From contig AP027131.1 in NCBI GenBank assembly GCA_027925225.1, positions 330,001 to 362,000 on the forward strand: a stretch of DNA of 32,000 nt, given 5' to 3'. Positions 1 to 11,169 of the stretch are shown here, in pieces. The position numbers and the translations under genes are program-made. Origin of the DNA: Candidatus Saccharimonadota bacterium (lineage in GTDB: Bacteria > Bacillota_I > Bacilli_A > Mycoplasmatales > Hepatoplasmataceae). The notes under the pieces are model-generated. The model worked only from the letters and a program-made list of their open reading frames with translations, was not told the DNA's origin and did no database searches. How positions within the stretch are numbered: the first letter of the stretch is position 1; the number at the start of each line of letters is the position of its first letter.

Positions 1-606
1 TAAAATTTGATTTTGATTATTCTCGACTCTACTTAATAAGTATTTTATTTCATTATTTTCTTTTATATTATCATTTCTTTTTTTTGAAGAAGTTTCAAAA
101 ATATTTTTTTCAAAAAATTTAATTTCATAATTAATAATATTTCTTAAATTTAAACTTCCTTTTCCTTTTCTTAAAAAATATTCAAAGTAAATATTTTCTT
201 CTTTTTTGATTTCTAAATTAGAAATAATAGTAATATCACCTTTAAAGTTTGCTTCTATTATTTTTTCTGTTGTTTCTGCTAATTTTCCATTAACATAAAT
301 ATTAAAATCTAAGGTTTTTTTAAATTCATCATTTAAAACATTTTTTAAAGAAATTTTAAAAAATAATTTCCCAAATTCAAGAATTTCAAATTTATTTGGA
401 TTAAGTTTTGTTTTAATGTATTTTTCATCAAAATTAATTATTTTAACTAATTTTGGTCTTATTTTTGTATTTTCTAGAAGTCCTAAAGGTAAAGAAATAT
501 ATTTTCCTGTTATTAATTTTTCTTTATTGGATATACATTTTTCATTACATTTTTTTTTAGATTCTAAAATAGGTTTATCATTTATTTGTTTTTTAATAAT
601 TTTCAT
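1..606 (-). CDS. Fibre-family paralog A, 5' part only (ORF runs off the window start): N-terminal beta-rich domain plus start of coiled coil
   Basis: ATG at 606-604 preceded by AAGGAAAA. Hand translation is open to position 1 (202 codons: MKIIKKQINDKPILESKKK...RVENNQNQIL). Roughly half the positions are identical by eye to the first 200 aa of the 662..1678 product. Absent from the ORF track because it has no stop inside the window. Confidence 0.7.
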   Translation of the reverse strand, partial: MKIIKKQINDKPILESKKKCNEKCISNKEKLITGKYISLPLGLLENTKIRPKLVKIINFDEKYIKTKLNPNKFEILEFGKLFFKISLKNVLNDEFKKTLDFNIYVNGKLAETTEKIIEANFKGDITIISNLEIKKEENIYFEYFLRKGKGSLNLRNIINYEIKFFEKNIFETSSKKRNDNIKENNEIKYLLSRVENNQNQIL

Positions 607-661
607 GATTTTCCTTTCATCAATATTTATTTATTAAAGATAAATAACTTTTAATTATTTT

Positions 662-1678
662 TTAACTAATTCTTTTATAAACATATATGTTATATCCAAT
701 TCCCAATCCATAACCGATGTTATATTCAGATCCAACTAAATTTGTATAAGCTAATTTATTTACTAAAGTACCATTGTTAGATCCTATTACAAATGATTTA
801 CCATTTTGAAATGTATTAAAACTTGCAAGAGCAGTATTATCATTCTCTAGATTTTCAATAGTTGTATATTTATTAGATCATATGTGATTATGATTAATAA
901 TATTTCCTCTGCTTGTTACTTTTTCTATTTCACAAATAATTCCTTTTCCTTCATATAATGCTCCCAAATCTTCTCAAACACCATAAGGGGGTTTATTTAA
1001 TCCGCTAATAATAATAGTGCCTATTGGCAATTCCAGATTATCTGCTTTTAATTGAAGTTTTGATAATCTTTTTTTTAAGTTTAAAATTTTGTTTTCATTA
1101 TCAATAATTTGATTTAATAAAATATTTTTTTTGTTATTTTTTATATCATAATTATCATTATTTTCATTTTTTAAAAAATCTTCAAAAAATTTGATTCTAT
1201 AATGAATAGAATTACTTAAATTTAAATTACCCTTTTTTTCTTTTAATGAATAATTAAAATAAATAAAATCTCCTTTTTTAACATTTAAATCAGCAGAAAG
1301 AATAATATTTTTATTAAAATTTTCTTTTATTGGATATTCTACTGTTTTTTCTAGTTTATTGTTTACATAAATATTAAATTCTAGGGTTTTTTTAATTTCA
1401 TCATTTAAAACAGATTTTAAATAAATTTTAAATAAAATTTTACCACATTTAATAATATTAAACTTATTTGGAGAGAGTTGCTCTTTAATATAATTTTCAT
1501 TAAAAGAAATTATTTTTAATAAATTTGGTCTTATTTTTATATTATTTGAAATTTTTAAAGATGAAGAAGTGTATTTGCCTATTATTATTTTTTTCTCATT
1601 GGATACAAATTTTTCATCACCCCTTTTTTTTGATTTTAAAATATATTCATTGTTTATTTTTTCTTTAACAATTTTCAT
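662..1678 (-). CDS. Fibre-family paralog B (338 aa): N-terminal beta-rich domain, Asn/Leu coiled coil, LPIGTIII...PPYGVW junction, ~105-aa C-terminal domain with NHNHIW..YTTI motif
   Basis: Track ORF 974..1678 ends at TGA. Read-through in code 4 (TGA at 974 and 878) continues to TAA at 662-664. Strong RBS AGGAGG 7 nt upstream of the ATG at 1678. The C-terminal extension aligns with the extension of the 1746..2273 gene. Confidence 0.8.
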
Positions 1679-1745
1679 AATTTCCTCCTAAATAAACATT
1701 AAAATCTAATATGTAAAATACAAAACACTTAACAATAAGAATTTT

Positions 1746-2273
1746 TTATGATTCTCTTCTGAAAATTTTTGGAGATGTTCCAATACCAACACCATAAATT
1801 TTGTTGTATATATTATTTTCAATTAATTTTATATTATCAGTCTCAGATGATACAGTTATTTCTGATCCATCTTTTTTACCTAGTCAAAATTGATTTCCAT
1901 TAATATCATAAGTATTAAAACCTGAAAAAGCACTAATTTGCTTATCTAAACTTCCAATGGTTGTATATTCAGTAGTTCATATATGATTATGTTTAATAAT
2001 TGAACCATTTGATGATTCGCCACCTATAATTGTTTGACCACTTTCTAATGTTCCTAATGTTTTTCAAGTGCCAAAAAGCGGAGCTTCTTCTCCTATGATG
2101 ATTGTTCCGATTGGCAATTCTTCATCATCTTCTTGTAATTCTAGTTTTAATATTTGATTTTCTAAATTTAATATTTGATTTTGATTATCGAATATTTTAT
2201 TTAATAAAATATCTAAATCTTTTTCTAATTTTAAATTAGATTTATTATTTGTTTGTTTTTTTATAATTTCCAT
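1746..2273 (-). CDS. Fibre-family paralog C (175 aa): short coiled coil plus LPIGTIII...PLFGTW junction plus the same ~105-aa C-terminal domain (KHNHIWTTEYTTI)
   Basis: Track ORF 2064..2273 plus read-through of TGA at 2064, 1977 and 1884 to TAA at 1746-1748. RBS GGAGG upstream of the ATG at 2273. The C-terminal domain is collinear with paralog B. Confidence 0.75.
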
Positions 2274-2422
2274 TATTCCTCCTCAAATTAATAATAAATA
2301 TTAAAACATAAAATAAGTTTTTTTATTTTAAAAATATTAAATAATACTTTACCTTCATTTTTTAAATAATATTAAAGATAAAGTATTATTTAATCAAGGA
2401 GAAAAATTAAGAAAATTAATTT

Positions 2423-3070
2423 ATGAATTTTTTTGTAAAAGAAAAAAATCACATTAGTTTGGGATTTTCAGTTTCTTTTTTATTATTAACTATTTCTGGT
2501 TTTTTAATTTTTATAATAATTGAAGAAAAATTTGGATATTTTCTTCTTTTTCTTCCTATTATTTTTATAATATTTTCTATTCTTAAAATTATAAAATCAT
2601 TTTTTTTGTTAAAAAATTTAAAAAAATTAGAAAACGAAACTTCTGATGAAAGAACAAATATTTATATTTTTGAAAATTGACATAAAAAAATTGTAATTAA
2701 TTTTTGAACATGAATAATTTTTCTCTTCTTTTATTTTTACATAACAATAATTTATACATTTTTATATTTTTTTGATGTAAAAGTAGTTGCAGATTTAAAA
2801 TATTGAATTTATATAATTTCAATTATTATAATTTCAATTATTACTTTTATTTTATATAAAGTTAATTTAACAATTTTAAGTAAAAATATAAATAATGGAA
2901 AAAAACATTTTGATAATGTCGAAGATCGAATAAATGAATTAAAACTTGTTTCTTTAAGTGTAAAAAATGATTATAAGTTTTTGCTTGTTTTAATAATTTC
3001 AACTTTTTTGGTTTTTCCTTTTATTTTTTGGTTTTTTCCTAAATTTAGGAAAAAATATAAAGAAATATAA
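2423..3070 (+). CDS. Hypothetical polytopic membrane protein (215 aa)
   Basis: Track ORF 2423..2680 continues through four TGA codons to TAA at 3068-3070. Several long hydrophobic Ile/Phe/Leu segments. Uses both TGA and TGG for Trp. Start uncertain: the GGAG lies about 20 nt upstream, which is far. Confidence 0.55.
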
Positions 3071-3084
3071 TTTTAAAATAAACA

Positions 3085-4131
3085 TTAAAAATTAATTTTT
3101 TTATTTTTTATTTTTCTGTTTAAATAAATTAATAATAAAAATAATCCCGAATAAATATAAGGTAGTCACATTATTATCATTCAAGAATCATATTTAAAAT
3201 TAGAGAAATTGCTATAAAATAATGGAAAAAATTGAAGTTGTGTTTGTGGTATTTCATTAAATTTTATTCCTTGATAAGTTAAATTTGTTATATTAGAAAT
3301 TTGTATTGTAAATATAGAATTTTGAAAAATTAAATATAAAAAATAAAAGGGGTTTAAAGTAAGTAAAATTTTTAAAACTCTAAAACTTTTAATATAATCA
3401 TCTGACACAATTATTGAATAATAAATTGTATTTGAAGAAACATCATAAAATTGATATGATTGATAATACAAAACTTCTTTATTATTAATACCTAGATATT
3501 GAAAAAACATGTCATTAAATACAAAAATTGTAGTAAATCAATAAGCTAACATTAATATAAATATAGAAACAAAAACAATATTAAAATTTTTATTACTCAT
3601 TATTTTTGATAATAAAAAAAATAATGAATATGAAAACATTAAAATTAAAAATAAACAATAAAGAGATATTGGAATATTTACTTTAAAGTTTTTGTATTTG
3701 TAAAGTGATTGTGTATTATTTTCTAAAAATCCAGTCTCAAAAAAAACTTTAATAAATAAAAAGAAAATAATCAAAAAGAAAATATTAATTAAAATAATTA
3801 CTGTAGAAATGGCAAAATAAAATATAAATTTATCTTCTTTTTCTTTTTTAAAAAACAACCTTTTGAATTTTAAATATATTGTTGTAAAAATATAATAATT
3901 TATAAAAATAAAAAGTGCAATAAAAACACCACTGATTACAACTTGTGGCTCAATTCCTATATCATTTATGATTCTTAAAGCCAAAAATAAAATAATAAAT
4001 GAAATTAAAAAAAATAAATAAATTTTTATATTAAAAAATATTTTTTTAAAAAATAAAATAAAATAATTAAAAAATAAACCCATATACCTTTTTTCTAAAA
4101 CATCATCTAAAATTCTTATTTGTTTTTTCAA
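3085..4131 (-). CDS. Polytopic membrane protein (348 aa), long member of the tandem membrane-protein paralog family
   Basis: Track ORFs 3538..4131 and 3181..3510 are in the same frame and are joined by TGA. Read-through of TGA at 3181 and one more reaches TAA at 3085-3087. N-terminal segment GLFFNYFILFFKKIFFNIK resembles the N-termini of the three downstream paralogs. The start is TTG at 4131, or ATG 16 codons downstream. Confidence 0.6.
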
Positions 4132-4203
4132 TTAAATAAATACAATTTTCTTAATAACAAAATTATACTTTAGGTTAATATTTTTTCATATCTTAAATTA
4201 ATG

Positions 4204-4234
4204 AAAAAGAGAGATTCTAACAATAGAACCTCCC
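4204..4234 (-). terminator. Rho-independent terminator (minus strand): GGGAGGTTCTA-ttgt-TAGAATCTCTC followed by TTTTT
   Basis: 11-bp stem (two G-U pairs in the RNA), 4-nt loop and T5 run, read on the minus strand. Lies downstream of the three-gene membrane paralog operon and about 75 nt upstream of the 3085..4131 gene. Confidence 0.55.
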
Positions 4235-4550
4235 TTATTATTAAATTTTAAAAACTAAAAGAATTATTTTACAAAATTGAATAAAAGAAATTTATTTAAA
4301 AAATTAAAAGAAATTTGTACACGTTTATTTTAAAATAAGTAAATAGAAACTATTAAGGGTGTAAATTCAAATAAGTATTACTACTTAAATAAAATTAACA
4401 CCCAAAAAATTTTATTTATTAATATTGTATTAAATGTATGAAAAGATCATTATCTGTATTTTATTTATAAGTCTGTATATAATCTTTTCACTTGTATTAT
4501 ATACAAACAAAATAATAAAAAACTATTTTTAATAATTATTTTCTAAATAA

Positions 4551-5306
4551 TTATTTATTAAATCTTCTAATGATTATTCTTTGCATTAAATTTAAAAATA
4601 TTAAAAAAAATAGAAATGGAACAAGTATTTTAGAAATATTATTAAATTTCATCATAATAACATTTGAAGAATTATTAAAAATAGCCAAAAGCACAAAATA
4701 AAATAAAAATTGTAAAACGAATACTCCTAATAAAAAAATATAAAATAAATTAAAGTTTCTCTCTTTTTTATTTTTAGTTTCATAAATTAAACTAATTATA
4801 AAAATAGAAATCAAATTAAAAACAAACATTAATATACTTGCATATATTAATGTTTTATAAATGTCTACAAGATCTCTTTCTTCTTGATTTTTATAATTAT
4901 TCATTTGAAAAATCATTACAGAAAAAAGAATTACTCAAAAAATAGTTAATATTAAAAAAACAATTATTATGTTTATTAATGTATTTTTATTATCTTTAAT
5001 TTGATTAAAATTATTTTTTTTAAGATATATATAACAATAATTTGTAATAAAAGTTATATATATTGCAAAAAAACACATTTTGCTTCTTCATTGATTAATA
5101 AATAATAAATATTTTTGCGAATCTTCTTGATAAATACTTTTAAAAAGTGTATTAACACTAAAAATAAGTGTTAAAAATAATAATAAAGAAATAATGAAAA
5201 AAACAACATTTTTAAAATTAAATAATTTTTTAATATAAAAAATAATTAAATAAAAAAAATTGTAAAATTCATCACTTTTATATTTTTTTGGAGTTTTTAA
5301 ATTCAC
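4551..5306 (-). CDS. Polytopic membrane protein paralog 1 (~251 aa)
   Basis: Track ORFs 5088..5306 and 4551..4916 share a frame. The gap 4917-5087 was hand-translated and contains only TGA codons. Conserved motif YIYLKKNNFNQIKDNKNT. GTG start at 5306 (uncertain). True TAA stop at 4551. Confidence 0.65.
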
Positions 5307-5335
5307 ATTAATTCATTTATAACTAAATTATTTTT

Positions 5336-6097
5336 TTATTTATTATTTTTTTTTATATTTCTTACAATTGATCTTTGAAGAAGATTTAAAGAAAATAAGA
5401 TTAATATTAAAATAAAAAATGTAAAAGATATTATTTTTAAAATTTTTAAAGCTTCATCATTTTCTAATAATTTTATAACAAATAAAAGAAGAATAAATTG
5501 TATTATTATTATTGCTATTAAAAATATATAAAATAAATTTGTATGAATTTTTTGATTGTTAAAACCTTCGCTTATTAAGCTTAATAAAAAAATAAATATT
5601 AAATTATAAGAAAACATCAATAAATATAAAAATCAAATAATCTTATATCAATAACTCATATCTCCATTTTCATAATTTTTTTCTTTACTGGGAAATTCAA
5701 AAATAACTAAAATAAAAAATATCCCTCAAAATAAAAATAAAAGAAAAAAAACAATAAATGCATTACATAAGGTGTTCTTATTAGATTTTATTTGATTAAA
5801 ATTATTTTTTTTAAGATATATATAAGAATAAATGGTTATAAAAGTAAAATAAATTCCTAAAATACATATTTTAAATCTTAATTCATAAACAATAATATTT
5901 GTTTCATTTCCACTATTAAAATTTTCAATAATTAAGGAGATACTATAATAAACAGTTCATAGTAAAAAAAAGAAGACAAAAAAGAGAATTATATTTTTTA
6001 TATTTAAAAGTTTTCTTATATATAAACTAATTAAATAAAAAAAATTGTTAAATCTTTTCTCAAAAAATTCTTCTTTTCTTTTATCTATCTTGTACAA
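5336..6097 (-). CDS. Polytopic membrane protein paralog 2 (~253 aa)
   Basis: Track ORF 5336..5620 extends upstream through six TGA codons to a TAA at 6107-6109. Contains YIYLKKNNFNQIKSNKNT. There is no ATG near the N-terminus; TTG at 6097 is proposed by alignment to the paralogs. Confidence 0.6.
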
Positions 6098-6144
6098 TTT
6101 TTTCTTTTAATATAATAGTAATTTAATTTTATTATTTTAAATAA

Positions 6145-6879
6145 TTAAATATTTTTTTTATAAAGTTTTCTAAAGATTATTTTTTCCAGTAAATTTAAAA
6201 TAAAAAATATAATCATGATGAAAAATAATATAAAGGATGTATTATGAAGTTTATCTAATATTTTATCATTAGATAAACTAATAAAATTTTGTATATTAAA
6301 AATAAAAATAATTTGTAAAACAATTACTAATATTAAAAAAATATAAAGAAAATTTGCTTTTTTGTGAATTTTTTTAAAAAATTCATTAATTAAACTAAAA
6401 ACAAAAAGAAATATTAAATTATAAAAAAACATAATAAAAAAAATATAAATTACAACATTATAATCATAAGAATTATAAAGATCTTTTAATGGCTTTATTT
6501 GAAAAAACATTATTGTAAATGTTGTGCCTCAACATAAAATAATAAAAAAAACAATAATGATTATATTTATCATTGTGTTTTTATTGGCGCTAATTTGTTT
6601 AAAATTATTCTTCTTTAAATATATATAAGAATAATTTATTATAAATGTAAAGAATATTCCGGTTATATATATTTTTAATCTTCATTGTCTAGTAATTATT
6701 CTTTCATCATTTGCGGTAGAATATTTTATTATTTCATTTAAATTTTCATAAAGTGTTCAAAGTGAAAAAAACAAGATTATAAACAAAATTATATTTTTTA
6801 AACCAAAAAGTTTTTTAATATGAAAAAACAAAATATATAAAAAATTATAGGACTTATTGAGCGTTTTTTTAGATTCCAT
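6145..6879 (-). CDS. Polytopic membrane protein paralog 3 (244 aa)
   Basis: Track ORF 6145..6510 extends upstream through TGA codons to the ATG at 6879 (MESKKTLNKSYNFLYILFF...). An in-frame TAA lies just upstream at 6883-6885. Contains YIYLKKNNFKQISANKNT. Confidence 0.65.
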
Positions 6880-6962
6880 TCATTATAAATTATCTTTTAA
6901 AAATAATTAAATTAAATAAAAATTATATTCTAATAAATTTTAAAATAATTAAACAAAAAAAA

Positions 6963-6989
6963 TTAGCAAAAAGACTTGACAACTGCTAA
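6963..6989 (+). promoter_or_regulatory. CIRCE-like inverted repeat 1 (TTAGCA-N15-TGCTAA), overlapping the -35 box
   Basis: TTAGCAaaaagacttgacaacTGCTAA has the exact 27-bp geometry of the CIRCE consensus TTAGCACTC-N9-GAGTGCTAA. The outer hexamers are perfect and the inner triplets are not conserved. Confidence 0.5.
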
Positions 6990-7004
6990 TCATATATGTA
7001 TCAT
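6976..7004 (+). promoter_or_regulatory. Sigma-70-type promoter of the hrcA operon: -35 TTGACA (6976-6981), 17-nt spacer, -10 TATCAT (6999-7004)
   Basis: Consensus -35 hexamer, canonical spacing and a near-consensus -10, 50 nt upstream of the hrcA ATG. Confidence 0.5.
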
Positions 7005-7005
7005 A

Positions 7006-7032
7006 TTAGCAGAGACAGTAATGGTTTGCTAA
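7006..7032 (+). promoter_or_regulatory. CIRCE-like inverted repeat 2 (TTAGCAgag-N9-gttTGCTAA), just downstream of the -10
   Basis: TTAGCAgagacagtaatggttTGCTAA has the same 27-bp geometry. It sits where the HrcA operator normally lies (transcription start and leader). Confidence 0.55.
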
Positions 7033-7054
7033 TTGTAGAAAAAAAGAAAATAAA

Positions 7055-8065
7055 ATGGAAAACGAAAGACAAAAAAAACTTTTATATCTAATAGTTTTTG
7101 ATTACATAAAGTATGGTAATCCTATTTCATCTTTTTCCCTTTTAAAAAATCATGATAATATAAATTTATCTTCAGCAACCTTAAGAAATGAAATGCTGTC
7201 TCTTGAAAAAGAAGGTTACATTGAAAAAGCACATAAATCTTCAGGAAGAATACCTACAAATAAAGGTTATGAATTTTATATAGAGAATATCGAAAAAAAA
7301 AATAGCGAAACAAATTTAATAAAAAATAAAATTGATAAACTTTTTACTAAACGTAATAAAAATATTGATGATGTAATAGAAGAAGCAATATCAATTATTA
7401 CTGATGCAACAAATACTTTTGCAATTTCGCACGAAGATAATAAAGATGTAAAAATTGAAGATATGCATTTTTATGAAGTGAAAAAAAATAAATTTCTTAC
7501 TTTAGTGATTGATTCAAATGGTAAATTATTTAATAAAGAAATTTTCTTAAAAAACGATGAAAATGAAATTGAAAATGTTAAAAGTGCTTTAAAAATAATT
7601 TCAAAAAGAATTATAGGAATAAAAATTTCAGATATTGAAAAAAGATTAAATTATATTTTTGAACTTATTTCAAAAGAATTAAAAAATATAGAACAAAATT
7701 TTCAGGTTTTTATTATAGAATTATTTAAACAAATTACCACAAGAGAAATAAATTATACAAACGGACTAAACAATATTGTAAGAATGGATTTTTATAACAA
7801 AAGAGAGCAAATTGAGAAAATTTTTAACATCATCCAAGAAAATTCAATATGAGATTTAATTTCAAAGCAAAAAGGAATAAAACATAAAGATACTAAAATT
7901 TTAATAAGTCTTGATAATGAAAATTTAAATGATGTTTCTTTAATTGAAAAAACAATAAAAGTTGGAGATAGTATAAAAAAAATAGCTTTTATTGGTTCTA
8001 AAAATCAAGATTATCAAAAATTGGTAAACATGATCGATATTTTGGATGAAAATTTAAAAGAGTAA
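7055..8065 (+). CDS. hrcA: Heat-inducible transcription repressor HrcA (336 aa)
   Basis: N-terminal winged-helix signature (SSATLRNEMLSLEKEGYIEKAHKSSGRIPTNKGYEFY). Track ORF 7055..7852 reads through TGA to TAA at 8063-8065. First gene of an hrcA-grpE-dnaK cluster. Confidence 0.9.
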
Positions 8066-8068
8066 AAA

Positions 8069-8611
8069 ATGGAAAATGAAAATAAAATAAATGAAAGTGA
8101 AATTCTTTCAAAAGAAAATGAAATTGAATTAGAAAAAATTGTTAATACTATAAAGGAGCTTGAAAATAAAAACCTTGAACTTCTTGCTGATATTGACAAT
8201 TTAAGAAAAAAACATCAAAAAGAAATAATAGAAACTGAAAAATATGCATTAATTAAATTTTTAAGAGATTTTTTATCTTCGTTTGATATGTTTGATTCAG
8301 TATTAAATAATAAAAATGTTTCAGAAGAAGTAAAAAATTGATTAAAAGGTTTTGAAATGATACATCAGAATATAAAAAATTTATTAGATCAATATAAAAT
8401 TAAAAAAGTTAATGCAAAATTAGGAGAAAATTTTAATAGTAATTATCATTTTGCAATTTCAGAAGATTTTTCTTCCGAAATAGAAAATGGAAGAATTTTA
8501 AAAATTTTACAAAATGGTTATTTATTAAATGACAGATTGATTAAACCTAGTATTGTTGTTATTTCAAAAGGTTTAAAAGAAGAAGAAAACGAAAATAAAG
8601 AGCAAAAATAA
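8069..8611 (+). CDS. grpE: Nucleotide exchange factor GrpE (180 aa)
   Basis: Track ORFs 8069..8341 and 8357..8611 are in the same frame and joined via TGA at 8339. GrpE-like coiled coil plus C-terminal beta domain (...QNGYLLNDRLIKPSIVVISK). Synteny supports the call. Confidence 0.9.
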
Positions 8612-8622
8612 AAAAAATATAG

Positions 8623-10443
<1,821 letters not shown>

Positions 10444-10444
10444 A

Positions 10445-11125
10445 ATGCTTTTAGATTTTGCAACAAAAAGAAGAGCGACAAAAAACTATAATCCAGACAT
10501 GTTTTTAAAAAAAGAAGATCTGGATTATATCTTTAAAGTTATAAATACTTCACCTACATCAGCGGGACTTGAACATTGGAGAGTTCTTTGTTTTAGAAAT
10601 AAAGATAAAAAAAATGAAATTCTTTCTGGAATAAATGAAGGAAATAAAAAGAAATTTTTAGATTCATCAGATGCATTACTTTTTTATGTAAAAAAAGAAG
10701 AATGATTTAAAAATATAAGTAATGAAGATTTTTATAAAATAGCAAAAAGAAACATAGAACAAGTAAATCAAACCTTTCATAAAGAAATAACAGAGGATCA
10801 AATTCAAACTTTTATGAAAAGAATCAGAGTCGATGATCATGCAAATAATGATCATAATTTAACTGAATGATCAAAAAGACAAGCTTATATTGCAGCAGGT
10901 TATGCATTTCTTGCCGCAAAAGAGATTAATGTTGAATCTACTCCTATGGAAGGATTTAATGAAAAAATATTAAATAAACTTCTTTTAGAAAAGGGATATA
11001 TAAATAATTTAGAAACAATAGCTTTAATTGTTTTATTAGGTTATAGCGATGGTGTTTCAATACCATATTTTGGTAAAGAACAAGTAAGAGAAAGTATTGA
11101 TAAGAAATTTAAAATTATTTATTAA
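10445..11125 (+). CDS. Nitroreductase-family NAD(P)H oxidoreductase (226 aa)
   Basis: N-terminus KRRATKNYNP...INTSPTSAGLEHWRV is typical of the nitroreductase fold. Track ORF 10445..10705 reads through two TGA codons to TAA at 11123-11125. The ATG lies 1 nt after the dnaK stop. Confidence 0.7.
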
Positions 11126-11169
11126 TGATAAAATTAGATTTGTTGTTTAATTAAAAAAAGAGGAATTAA

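Noticed and set aside
416-637. Plus-strand track ORF 416..637
   Set aside because: It is antisense to the well-supported fibre paralog A (ATG at 606, homologous to 662..1678) and has a low-complexity hydrophobic sequence.
860-900. NHNH / KHNH motif in the small fibre proteins read as an HNH endonuclease signature
   Set aside because: HNH nucleases need a ~30-aa beta-beta-alpha metal finger with spaced H...N...H and usually Cys or His ligands. Here the residues are adjacent (N-H-N-H-I-W) within a beta-rich C-terminal tip. This resembles HxH motifs of fibre tips more than a nuclease.
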